A stretch of DNA of 64,000 nucleotides from contig CAMFDU010000001.1 of assembly GCA_945949175.1 (NCBI GenBank), forward strand, positions 10,500-74,499, in the 5' to 3' direction. The position numbers were made by a program, and so were the translations under genes. Positions within the stretch are counted from its first letter, which is position 1. Each line of letters opens with the position of its first letter. Shown piece by piece: positions 39,820 through 50,784 of the stretch. This stretch comes from Gulosibacter massiliensis (lineage in GTDB: Bacteria > Actinomycetota > Actinomycetes > Actinomycetales > Microbacteriaceae). The notes beneath the pieces were generated by a model. That model did not search any database. It worked only from the letters and a program-made list of their open reading frames with translations, and was not told the origin of the DNA.

Positions 39820-41076
39820 ATGGACATGATCATCTACCTTGCAATCGGACTCGTCGTCGGCGTTGTCATCGGCATCCTCGTCGGACGATACGTTATGGCG
39901 TCGTCAACGGGCGACGCCGCGACGGTAGCCGGTCTCGCCGCCACGAATACTTCGCTCCTGTCACAAATCGACGATCTCAAATCTCAGGTTGACGCGCTTC
40001 GCGAAGCTGAGCGCCTTCGCGCGAGCGAGGAAAGCAAAGTGCTCGAGCGCCTCGCCCCGGTGCACACGCTGCTCAACCAAGTAGAAGGCCGTGTTCGCGA
40101 GATGGAAAATGAGCGAAAGACCCAGTTCCGCTCAATTGACGATCAACTAAAGCAGGCTCGAACAGACGGCGAGGCACTCCGCACTGTCACCCAAGGCCTT
40201 AAATCCGCTCTGTCTGACCCGAACATTCGCGGGCACTGGGGGGAAACCCAACTCGAGCGCTTGCTCGAGGCTGCCGGGATGGTCAAAGGAATTGACTTCA
40301 TTACCCAGGACCAAATTGCCGGAACGGACGACGAAAAGGGTTCGCGCCCGGACGCAATCGTGAAATTACCGGACGGTGGCCAGATCATCATCGACGCAAA
40401 AGTCACGTTGACCAACTATTTGCGAGCCGCCGAAGAGACGGACCCTAAACAACGGGCAGCGTTACTCAAACAGCACGCAAAAGACGTCGCGTTGAAGGCG
40501 AAGGAACTCGCGGACAAGAAATACTGGCAGCGCTACGACCTCAGCGCCGACTACGTCATTCTGTTCATGCCCACCGAAGCCGCGTTAGCCGAAGCCTTGC
40601 AAGTAGACCCTTCCATTTATGACACCGCTCTGAGGGGCAACGTCGCCATCGCAACGCCAATCAGCCTGTTCACAACCCTGAAATCAGTTGCGTTCCTATG
40701 GCGTCAACACGACCAGACCAACCAGATCCACGAGGTCATTAACAAGACGCGGGCGCTTATCGACACGCTGGGCAAAACGGCCGACGACGTCAATACGTTC
40801 GCAAAGAGCCTTGGCGCAACGGTCAACAATTACAACACCTTTGCCAGTCGCTTCGAAAACAGTCTCATCGGTGCCGCCGTCGCAATTCCCGGTGTTACCG
40901 ATGCGGCTTTCCCGACCCTCACCACAATTGATAAGGCACCCCGTGAATTAGCGGACGGCAAGATTGCCAAGGCGAACGCAATCCCGCGGTCAGCGAAAGA
41001 GGCCCTTGACCTCGATTTAGTTGTTCCAGTCGAGCAGACCACAATGGACACAGATGGAGAAGCAGACTCGAAATAA
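39820..41076 (+). CDS. rmuC: DNA recombination protein RmuC
   Basis: N-terminal TM helix, coiled-coil region, then ..IRGHWGETQLERLLEAAGM...RPDAIVKLPDGGQIIIDAKV.. typical of RmuC. Confidence 0.9.
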   Translation: MDMIIYLAIGLVVGVVIGILVGRYVMASSTGDAATVAGLAATNTSLLSQIDDLKSQVDALREAERLRASEESKVLERLAPVHTLLNQVEGRVREMENERKTQFRSIDDQLKQARTDGEALRTVTQGLKSALSDPNIRGHWGETQLERLLEAAGMVKGIDFITQDQIAGTDDEKGSRPDAIVKLPDGGQIIIDAKVTLTNYLRAAEETDPKQRAALLKQHAKDVALKAKELADKKYWQRYDLSADYVILFMPTEAALAEALQVDPSIYDTALRGNVAIATPISLFTTLKSVAFLWRQHDQTNQIHEVINKTRALIDTLGKTADDVNTFAKSLGATVNNYNTFASRFENSLIGAAVAIPGVTDAAFPTLTTIDKAPRELADGKIAKANAIPRSAKEALDLDLVVPVEQTTMDTDGEADSK

Positions 41077-42265
41077 GATTGCCCTCCGCGACAGTGTCGT
41101 CGCGGTGATAGGTGTAATCCTCATCGCGGCGAACACCCGTTCAGCCGTCTCGGGGCTCTCCCCTATTTACGACATCATCAACAACGATGTTCCGCTCGGC
41201 ATTGACGCCCGCGCTGTACTTGGGTCGCTTGCGCCGATTGGGTTCGTGATCGGCGGCCTGCTGACACCGCGGCTGACCAGGAGAATCGGGCTCGAGTGGA
41301 ATCTCGTGACACTCGTCGCACTTATCGCAATCGGCCACACCATTCGCGCGTTCGCGACGGATTGGACAGTTCTCGCACTCGGGTCGGCAATCGCCCTCAT
41401 CGGCTCGGGAATGGGCAATGTGTTGCTGCCCCCGACTATCAAGAAATACTTCCCCCACCACGTCGGGCCGATGTCGGCGACGTACATCACTTTCGTTTCG
41501 CTCGGTTCCGTCATCCCTCCGCTCATTGCGGTTCCTCTCAGCGAATCGATGTCGTGGCAATTCACAATGGCGATTTGGGCGACGTTCGCCGCGGTCGCAC
41601 TTGTTCCGTGGTTCGTTGAGATACGGTCGGGACGGAATTCGGGCGATCCGCTCGGTTCGGTGGTTGGCCCCAAGCTGGCGCTTGCGAAATCCCCTACCGC
41701 GTGGGCAATCGCCGTTGCGTTCGCGGTATCGAGCATCGCGGGTTACGGGATGTTTGCGTGGTTACCCGACATCGCCAAGGACGTGGTCGGGATGACCGAG
41801 ATCGAAGGCGGCTTAATGCTCTCGGCGTTTGCGCTCGCGGGCACACCTATGGCGCTTGCCATGCCTCTCATTGCGGCGCGCATCCGAAACGTTGGCTGGC
41901 TCGCCGCGCTCGGTGGGCTACTGATCTTCAGCGGATTCGGAGCAATGTTGGTCGCGCCAACTGTCGCGCCGTACCTCTGGGTTGTCCTTTTCGGAGTGGG
42001 CCCTCTGCTTTTCCCCTTGTCACTCGTGCTGATAAACCTGCGCACGGAATCGACGTCGGCGTCGTTGCAACTCAGCGCGTTCACTCAGTTTTTCGCTTAC
42101 TCGGTCGCAGCGACCGTTCCCCCGCTCATGGGAATATCGCGCGCAATCACCGGATCGTGGAGCATCGCGTTGGCATGCCTTGCGCTCTCGGGAATTGCTG
42201 CCGGCTGGTCAGCTGTGGTCTTGTCGCGAAACAACACTGTCGAATCAGAACTTGACGCGACTTAG
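41054..42265 (+). CDS. MFS transporter (CynX/NimT-like)
   Basis: ORF 41021..42265; 12 TM segments. ..ANTRSAVSGLSPI.. N-terminal motif resembles cyanate-permease-type MFS. Start uncertain; ATG 41054 overlaps the rmuC end. Confidence 0.78.
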   Translation: MEKQTRNKIALRDSVVAVIGVILIAANTRSAVSGLSPIYDIINNDVPLGIDARAVLGSLAPIGFVIGGLLTPRLTRRIGLEWNLVTLVALIAIGHTIRAFATDWTVLALGSAIALIGSGMGNVLLPPTIKKYFPHHVGPMSATYITFVSLGSVIPPLIAVPLSESMSWQFTMAIWATFAAVALVPWFVEIRSGRNSGDPLGSVVGPKLALAKSPTAWAIAVAFAVSSIAGYGMFAWLPDIAKDVVGMTEIEGGLMLSAFALAGTPMALAMPLIAARIRNVGWLAALGGLLIFSGFGAMLVAPTVAPYLWVVLFGVGPLLFPLSLVLINLRTESTSASLQLSAFTQFFAYSVAATVPPLMGISRAITGSWSIALACLALSGIAAGWSAVVLSRNNTVESELDAT

Positions 42266-43236
42266 TCCAACCATCGCTCGGCGAGATAATCCGAGTTCAC
42301 GCGTCGGACCGTGCCCGAACGCGACCGGAAAATGACGCTTTCGGTTCGCAACCATTTGCCTTCGGGGCGAACACCCCGAACCAATTCGCCGTCCGTGACG
42401 CCGGTTGCGACAAAGAAGGTGTTGTCACTGGCGACGAGTTCGTCGGCGGAATAGACGTAATCAAATTTGAGACCTGCTGCGATACCGCGTTCGCGCTCGT
42501 CGTCCGAGCCCCACTGCAGGCGGCCTTGAATAAACCCGCCGAGGGCCTTGATTGCACAGGTCACGGCGACACCCTCGGGGCTTCCGCCGACGCCATAGCA
42601 CATGTCGATTCGGTTGTCCGCTCGGGCCGCGTTGATACCCGCAGCGACATCGCCGTCAAGAATCAACCGTGTGTGTGCACCGGCCGTCCGAATCTCGTCA
42701 ATCGCATCGGCGTGACGCGGACGATCCAGAATCGCGACCTTGATTTCGTTGACCGGCTTTTTCTTGGCTTTCGCGAGGGCTTTTATGTTGTCCGTCAGCG
42801 ATTGCGACAAATCAATAACCCCGTGCCCGTCCTCGTTCGACACCAGTTTTTCCATGTAGTAAACGCTCGACGCGTCGAGCATCGAACCGCGATCCGACAC
42901 AGCGAGCATCGAAATCGCGTGACCGCGACCCGCCGCCGTCAGGCTCGTACCGTCGATTGGGTCGACCGCAATGTCGCATTCCGGTCCAGAGCCATTTCCG
43001 ACAACCTCGCCGTTGAACAACATCGGCGCGTTGTCTTTTTCACCTTCGCCGATAACGATGGTTCCCTGGAAGTTGACCGTGCCGAGGAACTTTCGCATCG
43101 CGTCGACCGCCGCGGCGTCGGCGGCGTTTTTGTCACCGCGGCCGATGAACGGGTGGGCGCGAATTGCCGCCGCCTCGGTCGAGCGCACCAGTTCAAGGGC
43201 AAGGTTACGATCCGGGTGGGCGAATTGGTTTGTCAT
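42262..43236 (-). CDS. glpX: Class II fructose-1,6-bisphosphatase
   Basis: ORF 42262..43380; ATG 43234-43236. LALELVRSTEAAAIRAHPFIGRGDKNAADAAAVDAMR...IVIGEGEKDNAPMLFNGE...DPIDGT.. Confidence 0.93.
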   Translation of the reverse strand: MTNQFAHPDRNLALELVRSTEAAAIRAHPFIGRGDKNAADAAAVDAMRKFLGTVNFQGTIVIGEGEKDNAPMLFNGEVVGNGSGPECDIAVDPIDGTSLTAAGRGHAISMLAVSDRGSMLDASSVYYMEKLVSNEDGHGVIDLSQSLTDNIKALAKAKKKPVNEIKVAILDRPRHADAIDEIRTAGAHTRLILDGDVAAGINAARADNRIDMCYGVGGSPEGVAVTCAIKALGGFIQGRLQWGSDDERERGIAAGLKFDYVYSADELVASDNTFFVATGVTDGELVRGVRPEGKWLRTESVIFRSRSGTVRRVNSDYLAERWLD

Positions 43237-43356
43237 GAAAATCCCCTGTGTCACATGCACTGCGACGTCGTCGCGGGTAGATCGGTGGTCCCAGACTATC
43301 CGAATGGCCCCGACAGTAGAATGAACGCGCGCTCGCTCATCATCCCAAGGAGAACT

Positions 43357-44385
43357 ATGCCCGTCGCAACGCCGGACCAATACGCCGAAATGCTGGACAC
43401 CGCAAAGAAGAACGTCTTCGCTTTCCCAGCGATTAATGTGTCATCGTCGTCGACAATCAACGCTGTGCTACAGGGTCTGACCGAAGCCGGTTCTGACGGA
43501 ATTCTTCAAGTGACGACAGGTGGCGCTGACTTCTTCGCCGGACATACCGTGAAGGCGCGGGCAACGGGTGCGCTTGCAATGGCCAGATTTGTCCACGAGG
43601 TTGCCAGGTCTTACCCCGTCACCGTCGCAATCCACACCGACCACTGCCCCAAAGACGCACTCGACGGTTTCGTATTCCCGCTCATCGAAGCGAGCGAGGA
43701 GGAAGTCAAAGCGGGTGGAAACCCGATTTTTCAGTCGCACATGTGGGACGGTTCGGCTGTTCCACTGGCCGAGAACCTCGAAATCGCCCAATCGATGCTC
43801 ACAAAAACCAAGAACATCAATGCCATCCTCGAGGTCGAAATTGGCGTCGTCGGTGGTGAAGAAGACGGCGTGAGTCACGACATCAACGAAAACCTGTACA
43901 CGACGCTTGACGATGCCATCGCATTGGTCGAGGCTCTGGGTCTGGGTGAAAACGGTCGATACATGGCGGCTCTCACCTTCGGAAATGTTCACGGCGTGTA
44001 CAAGCCAGGGAACGTCACGCTTCGCCCCGAAATCCTGGCCCAGATCCAGGACGGTCTCGCGAAAAAATATGGCACAGGACCGAAGCCCCTCGACCTCGTT
44101 TTTCACGGCGGTTCGGGTTCGACCGAGGACGAAATCTTCGAGGCGGTCCGCAACGGAGTCGTCAAGATGAACCTCGACACCGACACTCAGTACGCATTCA
44201 CCCGATCGGTCGCCGACACGATGTTCCGCAACTATGACGGTGTTCTCAAGGTCGACGGTGAGGTCGGTAACAAGAAAGTGTACGACCCTCGTTCATGGGG
44301 GAAACTCGCCGAAACGGCGATGGCATCGCGAGTCGTCGACTATGCGAAGCAGCTCGGCTCGGCCGGCCACGCGCTGACGCGCTAA
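43357..44385 (+). CDS. fbaA: Class II fructose-bisphosphate aldolase
   Basis: C-terminal part of ORF 42526..44385. ATG 43357 is preceded by [36 protein letters not shown]...HTDHCPK...FQSHMWDGS...[14 protein letters not shown]. Confidence 0.95.
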   Translation: MPVATPDQYAEMLDTAKKNVFAFPAINVSSSSTINAVLQGLTEAGSDGILQVTTGGADFFAGHTVKARATGALAMARFVHEVARSYPVTVAIHTDHCPKDALDGFVFPLIEASEEEVKAGGNPIFQSHMWDGSAVPLAENLEIAQSMLTKTKNINAILEVEIGVVGGEEDGVSHDINENLYTTLDDAIALVEALGLGENGRYMAALTFGNVHGVYKPGNVTLRPEILAQIQDGLAKKYGTGPKPLDLVFHGGSGSTEDEIFEAVRNGVVKMNLDTDTQYAFTRSVADTMFRNYDGVLKVDGEVGNKKVYDPRSWGKLAETAMASRVVDYAKQLGSAGHALTR

Positions 44386-45437
44386 GAGACCCGTCCCCCG
44401 AGGGGACGATCGCTGTCGCCACGAAGTTCTTTCGGCAGCGAAAACATGAGATCTTCCGTCGCGGTGGTCACCGTTTCGATGTGCGCGAAACCTGCTGCAC
44501 GAACATCGGCGAGCAACTCGTCGACGAGGTATTCGGGGACACTCGCACCTGACGAGATGCCCATCGTCGAAACACCGTCGAGCCACTCTTGTTTGACCTC
44601 GCTCGCATAATCGACCCGGTACGACGCGCGCGCGCCGGCTTCGAGAGCAACTTCGACCAGGCGAACCGAGTTCGACGAGTTTGACGATCCAACGACGAGA
44701 ACGAGGTCGCAGTCAGGTGCGATTTTTTTGATAGCGACTTGTCGGTTCTGGGTCGCGTAACAAATGTCGTCACTCGGGGGATCCTGTAAGTGCGGGAATC
44801 GGGCACGTAAACGTCGGACCGTCTCCATCGTTTCGTCGACAGACAATGTCGTCTGCGACAACCAAATCAGATTCTCCGTGTCCGGAACTTCGATGACATC
44901 GGCTTCGTCGGGGTTATTCACGAGTGTCGTCTGGTCGGGTGCATGGCCCATGGTTCCTTCGACTTCTTCGTGACCTTCGTGTCCTACGAGAAGGATGTGG
45001 AATCCCGAACGCGAAAAACGTTCCGCCTCACGATGAACCTTGGTAACGAGAGGGCAGGTCGCGTCGATTGCCATGAGATTTCGGTCGAACGCGTCGCTCT
45101 TGACCTTCGGGGAAACCCCGTGGGCACTAAACACAAGGTGAGAGCCGTGGGGCACCTCGTCGACCTCGTTGACGAAAATGGCCCCGCGTTCCGTTAGCGA
45201 TGCGACGACCTCGATGTTGTGAACGATTTCCTTGCGCACATATACGGGCGCACCAAATTGGTCGAGTGCCTTCTCTACCGCGACCACCGCTCGGTCGACT
45301 CCGGCGCAATATCCGCGCGGCGCGGCGAGCAGAACTTTTTTCGGGGCGTCGGTCGGAACCTCAACCAGTGGTGCATCACGAACGGGGTGCGCCTCGCGCA
45401 ACTGAATGTTGATTTTGCCGTTCGTCACTGTGCTCAC
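44382..45437 (-). CDS. ispH: 4-hydroxy-3-methylbut-2-enyl diphosphate reductase
   Basis: ..[19 protein letters not shown]...[10 protein letters not shown]...SAHGVSP...[11 protein letters not shown]...[10 protein letters not shown].. Confidence 0.95.
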   Translation of the reverse strand: MSTVTNGKINIQLREAHPVRDAPLVEVPTDAPKKVLLAAPRGYCAGVDRAVVAVEKALDQFGAPVYVRKEIVHNIEVVASLTERGAIFVNEVDEVPHGSHLVFSAHGVSPKVKSDAFDRNLMAIDATCPLVTKVHREAERFSRSGFHILLVGHEGHEEVEGTMGHAPDQTTLVNNPDEADVIEVPDTENLIWLSQTTLSVDETMETVRRLRARFPHLQDPPSDDICYATQNRQVAIKKIAPDCDLVLVVGSSNSSNSVRLVEVALEAGARASYRVDYASEVKQEWLDGVSTMGISSGASVPEYLVDELLADVRAAGFAHIETVTTATEDLMFSLPKELRGDSDRPLGGRVS

Positions 45438-45453
45438 GCTTCCAGTCTATGTT

Positions 45454-45960
45454 TCAGACTGCGGCCGCGAGGTCAGCCATCGACCGCCACTCGACCTTCA
45501 CGTCGGGCGATGTCGCGACGAGAATGAAATCGGTGCCTTCACGGGGGTCGGGAACGTGAAGTCTGATAACGCTCTCGCCGTTTTCCCACTCGACAATTAA
45601 CCCGTTGTCGTCGGAGTCCCATTGATATGCCCCATCGAATGCGCCGTGAGATTTACGCAATCCGGCGAGGTACAGTGTCGCCCTCGTGAGCGGCTCCCCC
45701 AGTGCAGCCTCGATGTCGGTTCGTTCGCCGACGAGTGCAGACATGGTGAAGACGACGGGTAGGTCGGTGAGCATCGCAATGATGCGGTCCATGAAATCGT
45801 CGCCGTGATCGGTGCTCGGCATTGCGTCGAGCACGATGGGTTCGTCCTCGAAACCGGTCTCGGGAGTCATCATCACGAGGTCGCGTAAGTGGAGGGGGAT
45901 TATCCCTACCGCGTTGTCGAGCGCGCCAAGGTCGTCGTAGATGTACGTGGCGGGACGCAT
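45454..45960 (-). CDS. Conserved hypothetical acidic protein (position equivalent to the gene between ispH and xseA in other actinobacteria)
   Basis: 168-aa ORF with coding-like codon usage and no TM segments. I can name no family confidently. Confidence 0.6.
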   Translation of the reverse strand: MRPATYIYDDLGALDNAVGIIPLHLRDLVMMTPETGFEDEPIVLDAMPSTDHGDDFMDRIIAMLTDLPVVFTMSALVGERTDIEAALGEPLTRATLYLAGLRKSHGAFDGAYQWDSDDNGLIVEWENGESVIRLHVPDPREGTDFILVATSPDVKVEWRSMADLAAAV

Positions 45961-46028
45961 CGAATTCCTTTCCGCGAGAAGGTTCCACAGTACCGTCCGC
46001 CGTCCGCGGTGACAGGTACGGTTAAACC

Positions 46029-47222
46029 ATGACGGACGCTCCCGACGACATCACACCGCTGTCAGTGAGTGTCGCGTCTCGAGTAGCACGCGACAAGATC
46101 GCCGCGTGGAAATCCTTCTGGCTCGAGGGCGAAATCGCAGAGTGGAAGCCGTGGCAACAAATCGTGTTCTTCACCGTGAAAGACGAAACAGCCCGAATTG
46201 ATTGCAAAATCGATGGGTCAAGCGTCACCGCCTCGGGGGAACAGTTCAAGGCGGGCGACAAGATCCGGCTATTTGGCCAATTCGATTTCTGGCCCAAAAA
46301 CGGCGAGATGAAATTCGTTGCCAACACGATTCGCCACGAGGGCCTTGGTGATTTCCTTGTTGCCATCGAGAAATTGCGCGCCACGCTAAAGGCTGAAGGT
46401 GCGTTCGACGAATCCCGAAAGGTCCCCCTGCCGAAATTCCCGCGATGCATCGGGCTTATCACCGCGAAAGACTCTGACGCCGAAAAGGACGTACTTGTCA
46501 ATGCCCGCAATCGTTGGGCCGACGTCCAATTCAGAACCATCTACACGGGTGTTTCGGGTGAAGGTGCGACATCACAGATTCCTGGAGCCATCGCGCAACT
46601 CGACGCCGACCCCGACGTTGACGTCATCATCATTGCGCGAGGCGGAGGAGCGTTCCTTGAACTGGTCGCGTTCAGTGATGAACGAATTGTTCGTGCCGCG
46701 ATGGCGTGTGTGACCCCGCTAGTCAGCGCGATTGGTCACGAGAACGACCGACCGCTTCTCGACGAAGTCGCAGATCTGCGAGCATCCACGCCAACCGATG
46801 CCGCCAAACGGGTGGTTCCCGACGTCGCAGCGGACCTCGCCGAAATCGACCAACTGCGCGCTCGGGGTCGACAGATTGTGACGACCGCCATCACCAATCA
46901 GATTGACCGGATTCGGCAGTTGGCGTCGCGTCCCGTCATGGCGAGCCCCCTCGCGTACCTCGAGCGTCACGAAAACGACCTTGCCAATCTTACGTATCGC
47001 GGGTCGACGTTCGTCAACTCGCTCGTCCACCAAACCAACGACCGTTTGCACGGGATTGTCGGCAAGTTAAGAACACTGTCTCCGCAGAAAACGCTTGACC
47101 GCGGATATGCAATTGTTCGTGGTGTGGCGGGTTCGGTCGTCACATCGACGGCATCGGTGTCGACGGGTGACACACTCACCCTTCGCGTCGCCGACGGCGA
47201 CATCGCGGCGACCGCGAACTAA
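46029..47222 (+). CDS. xseA: Exodeoxyribonuclease VII large subunit
   Basis: N-terminal OB-fold region (..FWLEGEIAEWK...FFTVKDE..), ..IGLITAKDSDAEKD.. and ..IIIARGGG...F.. Confidence 0.92.
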   Translation: MTDAPDDITPLSVSVASRVARDKIAAWKSFWLEGEIAEWKPWQQIVFFTVKDETARIDCKIDGSSVTASGEQFKAGDKIRLFGQFDFWPKNGEMKFVANTIRHEGLGDFLVAIEKLRATLKAEGAFDESRKVPLPKFPRCIGLITAKDSDAEKDVLVNARNRWADVQFRTIYTGVSGEGATSQIPGAIAQLDADPDVDVIIIARGGGAFLELVAFSDERIVRAAMACVTPLVSAIGHENDRPLLDEVADLRASTPTDAAKRVVPDVAADLAEIDQLRARGRQIVTTAITNQIDRIRQLASRPVMASPLAYLERHENDLANLTYRGSTFVNSLVHQTNDRLHGIVGKLRTLSPQKTLDRGYAIVRGVAGSVVTSTASVSTGDTLTLRVADGDIAATAN

Positions 47223-47241
47223 CGAAAGGTAACGTTGAACC

Positions 47242-47454
47242 ATGGCTGACAAACTTCCCGACGTGGCTACCCTCACTTACGAGCAGGCCCGTGACGAACT
47301 TGTCGTGATCGTGGATTCTCTCGAAAAAGGAACCGCGTCCCTTGACGAATCAGTGGCACTCTGGGAACGTGGTGAGGCACTCGCCAAGCGTTGCGAAGAA
47401 TGGCTCGCCGGCGCGCGTCAGCGGCTTGACGCAGCTCGAAAGCCCGCAGAGTGA
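47242..47454 (+). CDS. xseB: Exodeoxyribonuclease VII small subunit
   Basis: 70 aa; [45 protein letters not shown] is the typical XseB helix pair. Confidence 0.9.
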   Translation: MADKLPDVATLTYEQARDELVVIVDSLEKGTASLDESVALWERGEALAKRCEEWLAGARQRLDAARKPAE

Positions 47455-48020
47455 GCTCTGCTCAAGAGCGCCGCAATCGGCAGAACGTTTTTGCTCTCAC
47501 CGGTGCTCTCCTCGCCTCGTTGGGGGTTGTGCTCGTGATTGTCTTGATTTCAATTCGCCCCAACCCAACCTCGCGCGCCGAGGTCGATTGGCGCTCTGTC
47601 CACAACGACGCCCCCAACTCTGCCCTTCTCGTCAGCCCAGAGTTTGCGGCGTCCGACGGTGATTGGTGGGCGAATCGGGCGGATTATCGAGCCGGACAAA
47701 ACCCCGAGTGGTACATCGGGTTCGTTACACCGACGAACGGGTTCGTTGTCGTCCACGAGTTTCTAGCCGATGTCTCCCCTGAAGTGGCTGAGGTGCTCGA
47801 TGACGTCACCGCGTCGCCCATCGTTATTGATGGTTCGACCTGGACACTTTACGACAGGTCCGCACTCGACAACCCCGGGAACTATCGAACTGTTTACGAA
47901 ACTGCCTTGCCTCAGGGCGGTATTCTGATTGTGTCGGGGACAGCCGATGTCAGCGAAATCGAACTCGTTGCGTCGCTCGCACTCGAGTCCGTGAATATTC
48001 AGATGCCGGGAAAGGGATGA
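47451..48020 (+). CDS. DUF4245-like membrane-anchored protein
   Basis: GTG overlaps the xseB stop (GTGA). N-terminal TM helix ([20 protein letters not shown]); position after xseB is typical for DUF4245 (recalled). Confidence 0.65.
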   Translation: MSSAQERRNRQNVFALTGALLASLGVVLVIVLISIRPNPTSRAEVDWRSVHNDAPNSALLVSPEFAASDGDWWANRADYRAGQNPEWYIGFVTPTNGFVVVHEFLADVSPEVAEVLDDVTASPIVIDGSTWTLYDRSALDNPGNYRTVYETALPQGGILIVSGTADVSEIELVASLALESVNIQMPGKG

Positions 48021-48667
48021 TGATGTCAGAGCAGCGACCCGGAACCCCTCGCGAAGCCTGGCAACAGCTCGTGGCCGGGAATGATCGCTTCATCAGTGGC
48101 ACCCTCGCCCATCCCCGTCAAGACGTTGACCACAGGGATGCACTCGCCGAGGGACAGCGTCCTTTCGCGGCGTTGTTCGGATGCGCAGATTCGCGACTGT
48201 CTGCGGAAATAATCTTTGATCTCGGATTGGGTGACCTATTTGTTGTCCGAAATGCTGGCCAAACAATCTCTCAATCCGTCATCGGATCTCTCGAGTACGC
48301 GGTGAGTGCACTCGGGGTAAGCCTCATCCTTGTCCTTGCACACGACGATTGTGGGGCTGTTCGCGCCGCAATTGACTCTCGCAAGCCGGATGCGACCCCG
48401 CTGCCCGTCAACATTCGATCAATTACCGACGCCATACAACCAGCAATCGACCGCGTGCTCTTGACCAACGCGACTAGTGACGTCAACGAGATTTTCATTG
48501 ATGACGTCGGCAAGGAGCACCTTCGTGACACGATTTCCGAACTGCTGTCGCACAGTGAACTTGTTGGCGACGCGGTCGCAAACGGTAGCCTCGGTATCGT
48601 CGGGGCGACATACACGCTGCGTGAGGGTCGCGTCACCCCCTCCATCGTCTTCGGCGATATCGACTAA
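48017..48667 (+). CDS. Beta-class carbonic anhydrase
   Basis: ..[26 protein letters not shown].. and ..[11 protein letters not shown].. (Cys-Asp-Arg / His-x-x-Cys zinc ligands). Confidence 0.9.
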   Translation: MMMSEQRPGTPREAWQQLVAGNDRFISGTLAHPRQDVDHRDALAEGQRPFAALFGCADSRLSAEIIFDLGLGDLFVVRNAGQTISQSVIGSLEYAVSALGVSLILVLAHDDCGAVRAAIDSRKPDATPLPVNIRSITDAIQPAIDRVLLTNATSDVNEIFIDDVGKEHLRDTISELLSHSELVGDAVANGSLGIVGATYTLREGRVTPSIVFGDID

Positions 48668-48684
48668 ATTCTGAAGGAGACACC

Positions 48685-50082
48685 GTGAGCGAGTTTCGAA
48701 TCGAACACGACACAATGGGCGAAGTTCACGTCCCTATCGACGCTCTGTACAGCGCACAGACTCAGCGGGCCGTCGAGAATTTTCCCATCTCGGGAAGCGG
48801 ACTTGAGTCGGCGCAAATTGTTGCCCTCGCGCAAATCAAGCGCGCAGCGGCTATCGTCAACGAAAAATTGGGCATTATCCCAGCGGACATCCGTGACGCC
48901 ATCGTCGCGTCGGCCGACGAAATCATTTCCGGTAAGCACCATGATCATTTCCCGGTCGACACGTATCAGACCGGTTCGGGAACGTCATCGAATATGAACA
49001 TGAACGAAGTGCTCGGAAACCTGGCTACCACCAAGCGGGGTGACCTGGTTCACCCGAACGACCATGTCAACGCGTCACAATCGTCAAACGACGTGTTCCC
49101 CACGTCGGTTCACCTCGCGGTGACCGCGGCACTTCTCGGCGACGCAATTCCCGCGCTCGACCACCTCGCCACCGCACTTGACAAGAAGGCGAAAGCGTGG
49201 GCGGCGATGGTGAAGCCGGGTCGCACGCACCTCATGGACGCCACCCCCGTCACGCTCGGACAGGAATTCGGTGGATACGCGCGCCAGATTCGCCTCGGAA
49301 TTGAGCGAATCCAGTCGACCATCGTCCGAGTCGCTGAGGTTCCCCTCGGCGGCACCGCAGTCGGAACGGGAATCAACACCCCCGCCGGATTCTCGGCGGC
49401 TGTCATCGCCGAGCTCGCAAAGTCAACCAAACTCCCCATCACCGAAGCGAAAGACCACTTCGAGGCTCAGGGGGCGCGCGACGGACTCGTCGAGGCGTCT
49501 GGTGCATTGCGCGTCATCGCCGTGTCCCTCACCAAGATCTGTAACGACATCCGCTGGATGGGTTCGGGGCCCAACACGGGAATCGCCGAAATCAACATTC
49601 CCGACCTTCAGCCAGGGTCGTCCATCATGCCCGGCAAGGTGAACCCCGTCATTCCCGAGGCTGTTCTCATGGTGTGCGCCAAGGTCATCGGTAATGACGC
49701 CACCGTGGCCTGGGCCGGAGCCTCGGGCTCGTTCGAATTGAACGTCGCAATCCCCGTAATGGGAACGTCCCTTCTCGAATCAATTCGACTTCTCGCGAAC
49801 TCGAGTCGGGTTCTTGCTGACAAAACAGTCGACGGTCTCGAAGCAAACGCCGAACGTGCGGCGGCACTCGCCGGAATGTCCCCCAGCATCGTCACGCCGC
49901 TCAACCGCATCATCGGATACGAAGCTGCTGCAAAAATTGCCAAGCACTCGGTCAAGGCCGGGCTCACGGTGCGCGACGCGGTCATCGAGCTCGGCTATGT
50001 CGAGCGCGGCGAAATCACTCTCGAGCAATTGGACGCCGCTCTCGACCTGTTGTCGATGACGCGCCCGGGCGTCGCGAAGTAA
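48685..50082 (+). CDS. fumC: Class II fumarate hydratase
   Basis: [14 protein letters not shown]...[15 protein letters not shown]...[11 protein letters not shown] (the GSSxMPxKxN signature). Confidence 0.95.
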   Translation: MSEFRIEHDTMGEVHVPIDALYSAQTQRAVENFPISGSGLESAQIVALAQIKRAAAIVNEKLGIIPADIRDAIVASADEIISGKHHDHFPVDTYQTGSGTSSNMNMNEVLGNLATTKRGDLVHPNDHVNASQSSNDVFPTSVHLAVTAALLGDAIPALDHLATALDKKAKAWAAMVKPGRTHLMDATPVTLGQEFGGYARQIRLGIERIQSTIVRVAEVPLGGTAVGTGINTPAGFSAAVIAELAKSTKLPITEAKDHFEAQGARDGLVEASGALRVIAVSLTKICNDIRWMGSGPNTGIAEINIPDLQPGSSIMPGKVNPVIPEAVLMVCAKVIGNDATVAWAGASGSFELNVAIPVMGTSLLESIRLLANSSRVLADKTVDGLEANAERAAALAGMSPSIVTPLNRIIGYEAAAKIAKHSVKAGLTVRDAVIELGYVERGEITLEQLDAALDLLSMTRPGVAK

Positions 50083-50086
50083 TCTC

Positions 50087-50521
50087 GTGAATCGGGCGAC
50101 GGTCGGCCATTGGGTCCGAACCGGAGCGCGCGTCCTTTTGGGATTGGCCCTCACTTCTGCGGGTATCAGCCACCTCGGTTCGGCTCGGGCCGAGTTCCAG
50201 GCCCAGGTCCCGCCGTGGGTACCGCTCGACCCGGACTTCGTGGTTCTCGCATCGGGGGTTGTCGAAATCGTCCTAGGCCTCGCTCTCATCGTTTTGTATC
50301 ACTGGAAGGCGTGGGTGGGCATCGCAACGGCGTTGTTCTTCATCGCGATCTTCCCCGGAAACATCTCGCAATTCGTCAACGGGATTGACGCGTTCGGGCT
50401 CGACACGGACGAGGCCCGTGGCATCCGCCTTCTCTTCCAACCGCTTCTCGTCCTGTGGGCTCTGTGGTCTACCGGAGGATGGGGTCTCATCAAACGTCAG
50501 GTGGCAAAATGGAATCCCTAG
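50087..50521 (+). CDS. DoxX-like family membrane protein
   Basis: 144 aa with 4 hydrophobic helices. The general shape fits DoxX-like proteins; the family assignment comes from memory only. Confidence 0.55.
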   Translation: MNRATVGHWVRTGARVLLGLALTSAGISHLGSARAEFQAQVPPWVPLDPDFVVLASGVVEIVLGLALIVLYHWKAWVGIATALFFIAIFPGNISQFVNGIDAFGLDTDEARGIRLLFQPLLVLWALWSTGGWGLIKRQVAKWNP

Positions 50522-50775
50522 TGCTAGTTGTGACTCTGATGTTGCTCGCGCAAGTGTTGTTCGCACTGGCTGTTGTTGTTTTCGCAGGCATTGCGCGATT
50601 CCGCGGGCGATTTCGCCGAACCGCGTTGGTCTTGTTAGTGCTGCTCGTCATTGAAACCGTGTGGGCGTTATGGGTCCTCCCCGCTTTCGGTGCTCCGTCT
50701 CTTGTCGCACTGGCGCTGTCAGCAGGGATCTACTGGTGGCCCAAACGCCGGGCCACTCGTCCGCCCCGCTCGTAG
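50509..50775 (+). CDS. Small hypothetical membrane protein
   Basis: ATG 50509 within ORF 50455..50775 gives MESLVLVVTLMLLAQVLFALAVVVFAG... with 3 hydrophobic helices. Overlaps the upstream gene by 13 nt. Confidence 0.45.
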   Translation: MESLVLVVTLMLLAQVLFALAVVVFAGIARFRGRFRRTALVLLVLLVIETVWALWVLPAFGAPSLVALALSAGIYWWPKRRATRPPRS

Positions 50776-50784
50776 ACTTCACTC

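Noticed and set aside
42526-43356. The N-terminal 277 aa of the 619-aa ORF that ends as fba
   Set aside because: This part is antisense to glpX and has no aldolase similarity. The aldolase sequence begins at ATG 43357, which has an AAGGAG RBS.
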